From Chlorokybus atmophyticus (Eukaryota; Plantae; Mesostigma and Chlorokybus algae), in assembly GCA_009103225.1 (NCBI GenBank), contig RHPI01001715.1:772011-836010 (forward strand): a DNA stretch of 64,000 bases. The letters run 5' to 3'. Each line of letters begins with the position of its first letter. Positions within the stretch are counted from its first letter, which is position 1. A program made the translations under genes and the position numbers. The notes under the pieces were generated by a model. That model was not told the DNA's origin, ran no database searches, and saw only the letters and a list, made by a program, of their open reading frames with translations. This document shows positions 1 to 12,496 of this stretch, piece by piece.

Positions 1-200
1 CTCTCCCTCTCTGCCTCTCTCCCTCTCTCCCCCTCTCCCTCTCCCTCTTTCTCCCTCTCCCTCTCCCTCCCTCCCCCTCTCTCTCTCCCTCTCTCTCCCT
101 CTCTCTCCCTCCCTCTCCCTCTCTCTCCCTCTCTCGCTCTCTCTCGCTCTCTCTCTCCCTCTCCCTCTCCCTCTCCCTCTCTCTCTCTCTCCCTCCTGCC
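1..200. repeat. CT-rich microsatellite / polypyrimidine tract
   Basis: Nearly pure (CT)n/CCCT sequence running into the splice acceptor CCCCAG at 201-206 of the dynein IC gene. Confidence 0.95.
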
Positions 201-206
201 CCCCAG

Positions 207-3200
207 CCACCGGCAGCTGGCGCCAAGCCCGCCTCCAGCGGCGGCAAGCGCGGCGGGAAGGCGAGCGCGGAAGGGGGTGACGCGGTCAAGAGTGCGAAGG
301 ATGGGGCGGAGGGAGTGTCGAGGTCGTCACCCGAAGGAGGAGGGCATGAGGCGGTGCATGAGAGGGGGGGACATGGGCATGGACATGGAGCCAATGACTG
401 GAACCCGGTGAGTGTGGGTGGGTGGGCGTGCGGGGGTGCGCTCGTGTGGGTATGCGTATGCGTGTGGGCGTGTGAGAAGGAGAGCACGCGCCTGCACGTG
501 CGCGTGCTTGTGTGCGCACATGTGTATGCGTGTGCGTGCCTGCGTGCTTTGTTTGTGCGTGGTTACTTGAGTTGTCTGTGGGAACGACTGAGTAAGAGTG
601 AGTGTGCCCTGCTTGCCAGCCTACGAAGGAGGTGGTGAAGCCGCCGGATCAGTTGAGGCTGCCGGAGGCGGAGCTCACGCAGGAAATAACCAAGATGCTG
701 ACCGCTAACAACCCGTAAGTGAGGTGGTGGGCTTTTGTGTTGGGTACGCACACACGCTGGTATCCCATGTCCTCATTCACTCACATACACGCCACACGCG
801 CTCTCTCTTTCTCTCAGCTGTGCTCCAAGCAACGTCGCGCGCTACAACTTCAAGGAGAAGGCGTACAAATTCGAGCCCATGGTCAATCAGGTGTGTACAC
901 GTGTGTGTGTGTGTGTGCATGTGTGCGTGTGTATGTGCCACCCACGCTCGCATCCGCATCTCTGCAGCAGCATCGTATCCTTATACACTAGAGTATGGTG
1001 TGACACAAAGTGTCCACCTTGTATCTGCAGCTGGAAATACACTTCTCGCTGGACGGGTGGCTGATGCACAAGTCATCCGACGAGGCCAAGCGCCAGATCG
1101 AGCTCGACAAACAGGAGGAAGACGCACGCTTAAGGCAACACACATATGCACGATGACGTGGACACTGATGATGATGGTGATGGTGATGGTGTTGATGATG
1201 GTGGTTGGGGCAGGTTTGAAGCAGAGTTGGCGAGGAAGGCGGAGGCGGGAGGTGACGAGGACGACTCCAAGCAGCTTCGAAACCAGTTCAACTTCAGCGA
1301 GCGCGGGCAACAGACAAACAATCAACCCAACAAGGTACTTTATCATTATCACCGTCTTGCCACGTGCACGTAACACAATCCTGAAACCCGACAATACAGG
1401 ACCGGTCTACATCTACAGCACCTCCACCAACATCCACCTTCTCCGGCTTTGCCACGCAATGGGAGATCTTTGACGCGTACATGGAAGATCAAGACCGCCA
1501 ACGCAAGCTCAAAGAGCGCCAACAAAAGTCCACATCCATCAATACCACCACAACCACCACCGCCACAACCCCACCCAACAACACCAAGTCCAACTCATCC
1601 TCAGAGTTCGGCTCCAGCACTAAGAAAACAGACACCAAGGAGAGTAGCATTGTTCACGGCCCGTCTATGGCCCGCGCCGCCAAGGTGATGGAGCGCATGG
1701 TGAACCAGAACTCCTTTGACGACATCGCGCAGGACTTTCGCTACTGGGAGGACGCGTCGGACGCGTACAGGGAGGGGGGGGAGGGGACGCTGCTGCCGCT
1801 GTGGAAGTTCGCGAACGAGAGGTACGAGGAGACATAGGCATGGTGGTGTGCATGCGTGCGTGTGTGCAACCAATCGTAGGCCCTGACCACCGGATGATCT
1901 AGCACAACACACGCACGCGCACACGCACGCGCTCGCACACGCTGAAGGCTGCTGCCTGATTCCACTAGATAGTCACGAAACAAACTCCCAACCTCCTGTT
2001 TCGTGTTTCTATGCAGGGCGCGTCGCAAGCACGTGACTGCCCTCTGCTGGAACCCCGAGTACCCGGACCTCTTCGCCGTGGGTTACGGCTCCCTCGACTT
2101 CTCCCGCCAATCCGGTTCCAGTTCCAGTTCCAGTTCCAGTTCAGGGTCAGGCCTCGTCTGTTGCTACTCGTTGAAGAACCCCTCCCACCCCGAGTACGCA
2201 TTCGTTGCGGAGGCGGGAGCCGGCGTGATGTGTCTCGACTTCCACCCGCAGCACTCGAGTCTGCTGGCGGCCGGGCTGTACGACGGGACCGTGTGTGTGT
2301 ATGATGTGAGGACCAAGACGAGTAGGCCGATATTTGCGTCGACGGTGCGGACGGGGAAGCATACGGACCCCGTGTGGCAGGTGGGGTGCACATGCCAGCA
2401 TAGCACACACACCCACGCGCGCGCATGTATGCACGCACAGAGTTAATCATGTTGTACTCTCCCTCTCCTGTGTGCAGGTGGCTTGGCAAGAGGAGGATCT
2501 CAGCAAGGCGCTCAACTTCTACAGCGTGTCGAGCGACGGGCGCGTGACGCTGTGGACGATGAACAAGAGCGAGCTCCAACATCAGGCAAGGAGACACGTG
2601 GAGGTTGTGTTGAGAGATACAAACATGCAACATACTCATGACACTCCAACATCAGGATGTGATGGAGCTGAAGCTCGTGCCGATGGGTCCAACTGGCGGT
2701 GGCGGTTTGGACTCCGGGATGGGGATGGGTGGTCCCGACACAAACAACAGCAACGTCAACCTCGCCAACGGCGGTGGCAACAACAACGGTGTGGACCTGT
2801 CGGCTGCGGAGGCGGCCGAGGAGGCGTCGCTGGGAGCGCTCGCGGGCGGCCTGTGCTTCGACTTCAACCGACACAGCGACCACCTATTCGTCGTCGGCAC
2901 CGAGGAGGGACTCATACACAAGTGCTCCAAGGCGTACAACTCACAGTACCTAGACACGTACAGGGTAAGGGTGTTGCTTTCTCGCCAGCATGTCACATTA
3001 TGCCTGCTACAAACAAGGACTTTTACACGTATTCTGCAAACACTCCTTCCACTGGTAGTCTCACTACCAGTGGAACACTAGCAGTAAGTTACAATTGCGA
3101 GCTGGCATAGTTGTGTATGCTACTCGCATACGCGTACAACCTGTAGCAGTGGGGGTACTGTGCTCATGCAGTGCGTTTTTTGATGAAGTGTTGCTGATAC

Positions 3201-6200
3201 TCCACTCCTCCCAGGGCCATCACATGGCCGTTTACACGGTCCGCTGGAACCCCTTCCACCCCCGCGTCTTCCTCTCCGCCTCCGCCGACTGGACTGTCCG
3301 CCTCTGGGACCACGCCCGGCCGCCGCCCGGCCGCCCGCCCGTAGCGGCCTTTGACCTCAACGCGCCAGTGGGGGACGCCGCCTGGGCGCCGTATAGCGCG
3401 ACCGTGTTCGCGGCGGTGACGAATGATGGGAAGGTGAGAGCGGAGGGGAGGGGGGTGTAAAACGGATTGGATGGGCTGCGTACAAACGTAACCCCTCCGA
3501 CAGGTGCTACGTGTACGTACCATTGCACCGCAGTGGTATGTGTCGCGAATTCCATTACAAAGTGTGCTCAGCGTATTGCGCGATGCTTGACGTGCTAGAC
3601 AAAATGTACTTGGAACTGTACTGTAGGCTACAGTCTGTAGCTTAAGCAGGAACGGTACGTTGCGCCAGGCTACGGCGTTGAACATGCGTGATTGTACTTG
3701 CAATGGCCTGTTTCTCTGCTTGTTCTACAACGCAGACTGGTAGCCTGTAAGGAAGTCACGCGTGCAAGTAGGCCCGGGGCTAGGGCCCAAGCGTACCGTA
3801 TTATCCGGTCATCAGCCCCCCCCCCCCCCCTCCTCACAGTGTACCCCTATTGGTATTGTAATAGAGGGGCTGAGTTAACATGCACAGCCCCGATATTCGT
3901 ATACCCCCGCGCAAACACCATACTGCGGTCGCTTTGCGTCACGCCGCCTTGCGGCAAGTCGAATTGCGTGTCAGGCGGCCGCTCCAACTTTGAGACAATT
4001 CCTCACTTACTTGCTTGTAGGAACCGCACACTTAAAGACAAACATGCACATTATCAATTAGGAGGAAGTTTAGCAACATAACTTGCCATGTTAAATACCA
4101 CTTGGTACAGTGGCGCGGTATCAAGGGAGCAGCCTAGCATCACCATGCCATGCAAAAAAAGGATGTTCACATTTAGAACACCTTGCCATGCCACCTCAGT
4201 ACTTATGCGCTCACACCAACCACCCGCAAGGCCATCTGCCATGCGGGATTGTAAAGAGGGAAGGCCTCTTAAATAGCTTCAAGCTAGGCACCACACACAC
4301 ACAAGTGGCCCTCTAATAGTGCATATCTTGATGCCCACCCATAAGCTCAAGCAAGCTATACATCGTATACATCAAATGTATACTCACTGATTGCCCTCTG
4401 ACACAACAATGTTCAAGCCTAACATTATGCATCATATGATGGCCTTGTCACTGTGTGCTGGCCTGCCACATGACCCACTATAATGGTTGGGTGTCCATAT
4501 GTAGTATTCATAGACACCTTGATAATAAGCATTGAAATATAAACATGAACACGAGGCACTTGCTTTTTTGAGGCTGATCATAACATGCATAGCGGTACAA
4601 CGGATGGGGCCATGTACATACACAACTAGCTAGGAGTGTAGAAGACGCATAGCAGTGGCTCCTACCATGCACACATGCAATAGCCCCGTCGCGCCAACGC
4701 TATAGTCAGCTACACAGGGTTGAGCAGGCCACTCTCTACTGTAGTGACCAATCCGTTTATCAGTGGCTCACAGACTATCGAGAGAGCAAGGGAGCGAGGG
4801 TAGGGTGGGGTGGGGCAAGACAACGACAGCGGCAGAGGATTACCCGCCAGCACCGCTTAAAGAGGTTATTGAAGCCTGCCGCCAAGCAACATACACGACA
4901 CGACCGCTATGCGACCCAAGGGTATTGCCCGCCGGCAGCCTGCCCCCCNNNNNNNNNNNNNNNNNNNNNNNNNNNNNNNNNNNNNNNNNNNNNNNNNNNN
5001 NNNNNNNNNNNNNNNNNNNNNNNNNNNNNNNNNNNNNNNNNNNNNNNNNNNNNNNNNNNNNNNNNNNNNNNNNNNNNNNNNNNNNNNNNNNNNNNNNNNN
5101 NNNNNNNNNNNNNNNNNNNNNNNNNNNNNNNNNNNNNNNNNNNNNNNNNNNNNNNNNNNNNNNNNNNNNNNNNNNNNNNNNNNNNNNNNNNNNNNNNNNN
5201 NNNNNNNNNNNNNNNNNNNNNNNNNNNNNNNNNNNNNNNNNNNNNNNNNNNNNNNNNNNNNNNNNNNNNNNNNNNNNNNNNNNNNNNNNNNNNNNNNNNN
5301 NNNNNNNNNNNNNNNNNNNNNNNNNNNNNNNNNNNNNNNNNNNNNNNNNNNNNNNNNNNNNNNNNNNNNNNNNNNNNNNNNNNNNNNNNNNNNNNNNNNN
5401 NNNNNNNNNNNNNNNNNNNNNNNNNNNNNNNNNNNNNNNNNNNNNNNNNNNNNNNNNNNNNNNNNNNNNNNNNNNNNNNNNNNNNNNNNNNNNNNNNNNN
5501 NNNNNNNNNNNNNNNNNNNNNNNNNNNNNNNNNNNNNNNNNNNNNNNNNNNNNNNNNNNNNNNNNNNNNNNNNNNNNNNNNNNNNNNNNNNNNNNNNNNN
5601 NNNNNNNNNNNNNNNNNNNNNNNNNNNNNNNNNNNNNNNNNNNNNNNNNNNNNNNNNNNNNNNNNNNNNNNNNNNNNNNNNNNNNNNNNNNNNNNNNNNN
5701 NNNNNNNNNNNNNNNNNNNNNNNNNNNNNNNNNNNNNNNNNNNNNNNNNNNNNNNNNNNNNNNNNNNNNNNNNNNNNNNNNNNNNNNNNNNNNNNNNNNN
5801 NNNNNNNNNNNNNNNNNNNNNNNNNNNNNNNNNNNNNNNNNNNNNNNNNNNNNNNNNNNNNNNNNTTGGGCTTGAAATACACGTGTGTGTATGAGGGGGG
5901 GGGCATGCAGGCGTAGCCACAGGTTCAATGCCAATCCCTATCGATGACGGTAACAGTGACTGACTGTGTTACTCAATCAGGTGCATGTGTTTGATCTGAA
6001 TGAGAACAAGCACGAGCCCATGTGCGAGCAGAAGGTGGTGCGAAAGGCCAAGCTGACAAAGATTGTGTTCAATCCAAAGGTGAGTGCAGTTATTAGCAGT
6101 TGTTCAAAATGTGTTGCGGTTGCCACAACTTGCATCACCCTCGGGCTCAATGTTGTCTTGTAACCATCTCGCAGCATCCTATTATGTTGGTTGGGGACGA

Positions 6201-6348
6201 CCGCGGATGCGTCACGGCGCTGAAGCTCTCGCCCAACCTGCGGAAGCCGACGAAGCCGGAGAACGGCCGCACACCACAGGAGACGGAGGTCGAGAAGCTC
6301 AACCGCGTGCTGGAGGCCACGGCGCAAGCAGGAGAGCTGGAGTTCTAG
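207..6348 (+). CDS. DNAI1: Axonemal outer-arm dynein intermediate chain 1 (IC78/ODA9/DNAI1 ortholog), WD40 protein; 5'-partial (start codon upstream of the window)
   Basis: Exons joined by hand: 207-407, 620-714, 818-890, 1031-1134, 1214-1334, 1400-1821, 2017-2380, 2478-2585, 2656-2964, 3215-3433, 5981-6079, 6175-6348. Translation gives KMLTANNP, QLRNQFNFSER, ERMVNQN, DFRYWEDASD, GTLLPLWKF, YSLKNPSHPEY, GTEEGLIHKCSKAY and ALKLSPNLRK, all matching remembered Chlamydomonas IC78 / human DNAI1 motifs. Confidence 0.95.
4949..5866. other. Assembly gap (N run) inside the long penultimate-region intron of the dynein IC gene
   Basis: Run of N. Other gaps are at 7635-7825, 30872-31015 and 37975-38177. 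Confidence 0.99.
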
Positions 6349-9300
6349 AAGCTACACAACGTGGTGGTTGATGCCTTGTTGTGTACTGCTACCTACATTG
6401 TATATCAGCTGTGTACATCAGTCTGCTGGCATATGCACCCGTTACTGCAGTCGCCTTGACCAAGGAGAAAGTATATCGACCATGCACACGTGTGTATGCC
6501 AACTTGTATAACCAAAGCACATGTGGTCCAGTTATGTGCCTTGGTATACCTACACACACAGCCCATGTTAGCCTGCGCGCACAGCACTGGCCTAATGAAC
6601 GAGTACACACCCGCCACATGCACATACCCCCATTGCAATGTCAAACGTATTCTCCTTGCCTGCAGTAATATGCTTGTGGTTGGTCCGCCTCTCATCTTGT
6701 AGAGTGTTCAGCAAGGGAAGTTGACGCGCAGCCTCGCCCACAATGACGTCATGGGCCCTTGAGTGAGTGATGGCGGGTAAAGGCAGAGGGGGCTACCGTT
6801 GCGCCGTCGGTGCGGGCGAGTAAGTGTGAAGGCCAAGGGACAAGTGCTCACGGTGGCATCAGTCGGTGCTGCAGCTGCCAAAGCCTCCTCCTCTCGTCTG
6901 CAATGGTCTTGGTGGACTGCGCTATGTGTCCAACACCCCGTATGTCAAATATTGGGAACGCTCCCCACCCTAAGTTACCGGCTTCTCACTACAATGTCTC
7001 CGAAGCAAACTTCACTTCAAACTCCTTTGCAACGTACTCTATATTGATAAAGAGGCCGTGGAGTCGTGGCATGTCCTCTACGTTGCCAGTTGTTATCATG
7101 TTGTTGCAGACGCTGAAATATCAACATCAACCGCAGCGGCTACGGTTGATGCTACAAACTTGTGTTCAAACCGAGCCGATCCCTTGCCTTGAGATGGCGG
7201 TGAAGATAGGTCAGCTAGGACTTCAAGTTCTACTTACATGCATCCAGCCTCTTCCTTGTAACCCCTTCATTCAAGACCTTCACATCTCATACAGTTATGG
7301 GACGTAATTCTTAATCTTTCAAGTGATGCAGCAATTGTTCTTTCCTACTCGAATGGTTGACACCGTTAACATTGCAAACATCATATGGTATGTGACAATG
7401 AATTTAAGCTTGTGAATGAAATTGTAAGCGTTATGCATGTGTGTATGATTGCTTATAAGTGCCATGCGCTTCATATGTTAAAATGATGTTTAATATTACA
7501 TTATGAGAAGGTTGACAAACAAATGAACTTCCACTGTACAAGACGGGCCCTAAGTCGGTGTGGTTTGGAAGATGTCAAGGTGGTACCATTTTAAGTTTAA
7601 TTCACTTTACTTACTCGATTACAGCCCCCCCCCCNNNNNNNNNNNNNNNNNNNNNNNNNNNNNNNNNNNNNNNNNNNNNNNNNNNNNNNNNNNNNNNNNN
7701 NNNNNNNNNNNNNNNNNNNNNNNNNNNNNNNNNNNNNNNNNNNNNNNNNNNNNNNNNNNNNNNNNNNNNNNNNNNNNNNNNNNNNNNNNNNNNNNNNNNN
7801 NNNNNNNNNNNNNNNNNNNNNNNNNCCCCCCCCCCTGACATAAAAGGGGGTATTCAAATGGGGGGGGGGGTCAACTCTTTGGGAGGCATGTTGTAACAAC
7901 CATCTCGGCCATGGTATGAAAAGTCGCTATCATGAGAGGAGGCCTAACGGTTTTATAATTCAATATTCAGCATGGTGCTACACATGTAACGATAACACCT
8001 TACGCAAATGCTCATTCAGCATTGGACCTGTAACCTTGCGTGGGAGGTTTTGCACTCGCCTTCCGTTACTTACCCTTCCCTTTCGTTATGTACTCTTACC
8101 AAAGAAGTAGTTTATTGGAATTTAACTCATGCATTTAAATTACTTACATCATAGCCTAACCCCGCTTGGTCAGTGAAACTTTATATACTTTTTACATTAT
8201 GTAAAGGCTCATCATGTGATAAAGCCAATTGTAGCATATTATGGTGTTGAAATGTTATAATTCAAATATGCAACATATTTAAATGTAATATGTATATATG
8301 GGCGTATTCATGTCATATTTAAGTACTGTGAAAAAAACACATATGCAAATACGGATAATGACTTAATGTACATGATATATCTATAATAAATACATAAATA
8401 CTTACATGCTTATAAGCATATGCACACAAATGATCAATGCATACACGAACCTATACACTAACTTCATCGTGGACTAATTGGGCCGCGGCTTTAAACCGGG
8501 TACCTGGTAATCACGGCCTATTACCGGTAGACTTGATGATACCCTCTAGAGCAGAAATGAAAATTATGTTTCCGCGAGCATGCCAGGGTTTGATTGGTCC
8601 ATAAACGGTCAACGAAGCAAGCGCAATCACTCTTGCAATCGGAATGACTAAGGTCACCCTTAGTCAGTCCGATCACCTTACAGGAAAGGGGACTCTCGTT
8701 CCCCCACGCGTCCCCGCAAGCCACAAACTTGTGAGACCAAATCCGCCACCACCAGCTCAGTCTCCAATCACGCGCGGGAAAGCGCACGCTCTGGGTCGCC
8801 GCCGTCACGCCCGATGGATTGCAAAGTGCCAGCAGTGTCGTTTGGCGCCCCCGGGGAGCACAGCTCGATATCCGCCCACCCCGCGGCCACGTGATGATAT
8901 CCGCCGCAAACGTGCGGCTGCTGGGTAGCTTGAGAGACTCGCTTGCCTGCCTTGTGCTTGCCGGCGGCGGAGGCGGAGGAGGAGGAGGAGGGAGCAACCT
9001 CCGGGACGGTGTCAGCGGGTGAAGGACACTCGGGAGCACTAGGGTAGACTGGGTCAGTCGCAGCTTGTTCAGCAGCGACGCATTGCTCTCCTGGTGTCGC
9101 ACGTGCATGCCGTCCACTCGACGCTGTTGTTGCTCTTGCTCGTCAACAGCGAGCTGAGAGCTTCCCCAGCAGGTACGTCACGACGTCTGCCATAGCATGG
9201 TATTGACAATGCTGGACACGATGGTCAATGTTAGGGCACGCTCCTCGTCGTCACATCACAGCTCTCATTCCCCGCTTACGGCAAGCAGGTTGACCGTCCC

Positions 9301-9404
9301 GTCCCGTCAACTATCAACACAGAGTGAGCTGGCAAGCCAGGGCGGCCTGACACCCTAGACCAGACTGCTTGCTGCTGTCACAATTACCATCCATTGCCAT
9401 CAGC

Positions 9405-11953
9405 ATGGCACCGTTGCACTGTTCCGTGCCGGTTGTGCTGCGAGCTTGCCTCCTCATGCTTCTGGGCTGCTGCGCCACTGTCGGTGCTGGCGCTGAGGAG
9501 CAGCAGGCGGAGGCGGCCAAGAAGATCTTTCTCTTCAACACCACAGGGGACGAGCAGAGCCGCTGGGCGCATGCTGCGCTGAACGTCCAGCTGTTGCAGC
9601 GCCAGGCCGCCGAAGGCAATGGCCACTTCTACGGCCCCGCCGCCGCCGAAGCCTCACACGGTGCGAGAGGTGCCTGGAGCGCACAGCTGGATCGAAGAGC
9701 ATTTGTGTTGCACTGTGCTGTGTGTTCCCACAGAGCACTAGTTCAACGTTTCAGCTGTGTCCAGGGGACTGCCCATTGTTTTCGTGCATATGGCATGCAG
9801 TGGTAGCATTTCAACCAGAAAGTTTGTTTCTCAATTGCTTTGTGCGGTAGTAACATTGTGCTGTACATGCGCATCATCGGTGGTGGCTAGGTATGGTGCA
9901 TTTGTGACTGTGTGTGCTGGTATGTTGTGTGCAGAGTTCCCCACATCCGACAAGCCGCACGCGCTCCCGCAGGAGCCCGGATCGCCCACCGTTCCTCTCA
10001 TATGCAGCGGGGACCGTTTGTTGCCCAATGCGATGATTGTTGGTGTCCCAAAGGTACTTACACACACTCGCGTGCAATTACGCGCATTTCCCCAGATCCA
10101 TGTGGCACACATGTATGTGTGTTGGTATGCACGCATGCATGCACACTGGCATATGAGGCAGGCACACTTATCAGCTGCTGTGTTTACTCATCACAATTGC
10201 CTGTTTCCTTTTCAGGCTGCGACAACCACACTCTGGGGCTACTTGGTCCAGTAAGTCACCAGGCTCATGATCACACACAGCATGTCACCATCATCATCTT
10301 CACCACCAATCTTTCTCATCACATATTGAACACGTGCAGCAATGTGACGGGTGCGGGGCGCGTGTGGTCGTACCCCAAGGAGCAGCAGTTCTTTGGGCGG
10401 CCGCAGGACCTATTTTCCAACCCCACCGAACGACTGCACTTATACCGCAAGCTCTTCCCGGAGTGCTCTGCCGCCCAAGATGGGGTAAGCTGAGTACGAA
10501 CAGATTGAGCCAATGTGTGTGTAGCTTGCTGCACACAACTCAGCATCAAGTGCAATGTGAACAAGTAAGCATGTGGTAGTGTGCACGCGCCAGTTGCCGT
10601 GCTATAGCATGCCAACTCACGCTTACCTTGAGTGCACTCGAGTGATCCTACCAACAGCACGCTATGCTGCAATCCCAAACTGATTGATTAACTTTGCTCT
10701 ACACCAGCTGATCTGTCATCAGTCCACTGTGTTGCACAGTGGCAAGGTCCTAGTGTGCACTGTTTATGGTATCAACTTGTTCTAATGTAGAGTATGTTCA
10801 CAAGACAACGTGATAGTGTCACCTGCTCATCGCTAGGCATGACATGTTGATGTGTGTGTCTTCCCCAATGCAGAAGCTCCAATACGTTGTGGACGCGAGT
10901 CCAGACTATATGCTTCACGCTGAGAGCTCCGCGGCTCACATCGCTCAGATGTACGGTCGCGACCTGGCAAAGCAGCTTCGTTTCGTGATCAGTCTCCGCG
11001 ACCCCGTAGACCAGATGTTCAGCTGGTTCAACCACTTGGGTCGCCACAATGGCCGCGTGCCGTGCAATATGAGCTTCGACGAATGGGTCCCGCACCAGCT
11101 CGACGTTGTGCGCAACTGCCTCGAGCAGGTCGATGCGCTTGGGGACATAAGGAGGATGTACCTAGCGTGCCAGGGGAAGCTAGCGGACCGAAATTGGTAC
11201 GCCGCTGCACTGTCAGCGTGGCTGTCGTACTTCTCGGCAGACTCGGTGCTGGTACTTGACTTTGCCAGGATCAAAGAGAACCCACGAGACGCCGTCCAAC
11301 AGGTAACCATGCTTGATGTGGGCATGACATAGCTCTATGAGTGGGATCAAGATCACAGGCTGCCCTACGCAGCTGTAGGACATGCTCTTACACATGAACA
11401 TGCGTGCGTGCACTCTGACTGGTTATGAATATCCTGGCAGTGTGGGTAGAGACCGCGCAGTAGCGGTGTTGTTACCAACACCTCCATGCCATGTTGGTCT
11501 CTATTGCATGCATCATTCTGTGCACCTGATCATTGTTAGTTGACGAGTAGTAGGCAGAGACGATATATGAACACTGTTAGTAGCTCAGGACTATCTTCCT
11601 GCGACCATTAGCACGCCGTACTGCTCGCTTCTCGAGCATCGGCTCTTTATTGCTTACCCTTCCACCTCAATGCGCAGGTGTTTGACCATCTCGGTCTTGA
11701 GCTTGCTGCGGGCGATCTCCCCGAGGAGCACCTCAACGACGCTAGCACACACGTCGACAACCCGTGCGGCAACCAGCCGGACATGCTCCCCTCTACGCGC
11801 GCGGATCTGGAGGAGTTCTTCGCGCCCTTCAACGCCCAGCTGCGAACACTGCTGAAGCAACTGTACCCGGATCGAGATGCACCCGGATTTGCAGAACGAG
11901 ACTATCAGAAGCTGGTTATTGGGAAGCAGTCTTCGATTGACGAGCGGCGCTGA
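9405..11953 (+). CDS. PAPS-dependent sulfotransferase (P-loop fold, heparan-sulfate-sulfotransferase-like) with N-terminal hydrophobic signal/anchor
   Basis: Exons 9405-9660, 9935-10053, 10216-10250, 10340-10484, 10874-11302, 11678-11953 splice in frame. They give 5'-PSB motif IVGVPKAATTTLW, KEQQFF, DASPDY, 3'-PB motif ISLRDPVDQMFSWF and C-terminal LEEFFAPFNAQL. The N-terminus LRACLLMLLGCCATVGA is signal-like. Confidence 0.85.
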
Positions 11954-12496
11954 TGATGATGGTCATGGTTGAGTTGGTGGGTGGGTGGGTGGGTGGGTGA
12001 GATTTGTTGGGATGTAGAGGGTTGGATCTTGCATAGATGAAGAAATAGGGACTTAGCGGGCTGGCGAGTAAGCGTATGCAATCACCAGAGCAGCCCCCAG
12101 ATGATTATAGACACGTTTGCACACAGGTTGAGTACTTAACCAGTTGAGGTACATTTATTGTTATGCAATACATAGTATATGTTGGACAATTGTCTTCCCA
12201 CTGATGAGTGCGCAGCTTCAATGCATGCTCAGATTGTATGGTGATAGACTTGAAGTGCTTCATGTGATCCTGTAGCAAACAGCATATTGTCTATTTCCAT
12301 TCATGACTATGCATGCTTGCTGTGGTGGCCATTGCTGTTGAAGTCGCCGGTCTTCGTGTTGCAGGTACTGGTTTTGCAATGTCGTTATGAACCATACAAG
12401 TGGTAGATGCATGTCACTGCAATTTCTAACTTCTATGCCACACTGCAATACATGAGCACAGCATTGTTCCTAGTTTCACATGTTGCCAAGCTCACG

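Noticed and set aside
2117-2142. (GTTCCA)n repeat
   Set aside because: In-frame poly-Ser insertion within a DNAI1 loop; ordinary coding microsatellite.
4763-5934. Six long ORFs of 335-370 aa
   Set aside because: They are artefacts of translating through an N-gap; the same applies to ORFs over the gaps at 7.6, 30.9 and 38.0 kb.
8521-9117. 198-aa minus-strand ORF with polyproline
   Set aside because: No recognisable domain or supporting exon chain; low-complexity GC-rich sequence upstream of the sulfotransferase. An orphan or pseudo-exon cannot be excluded.
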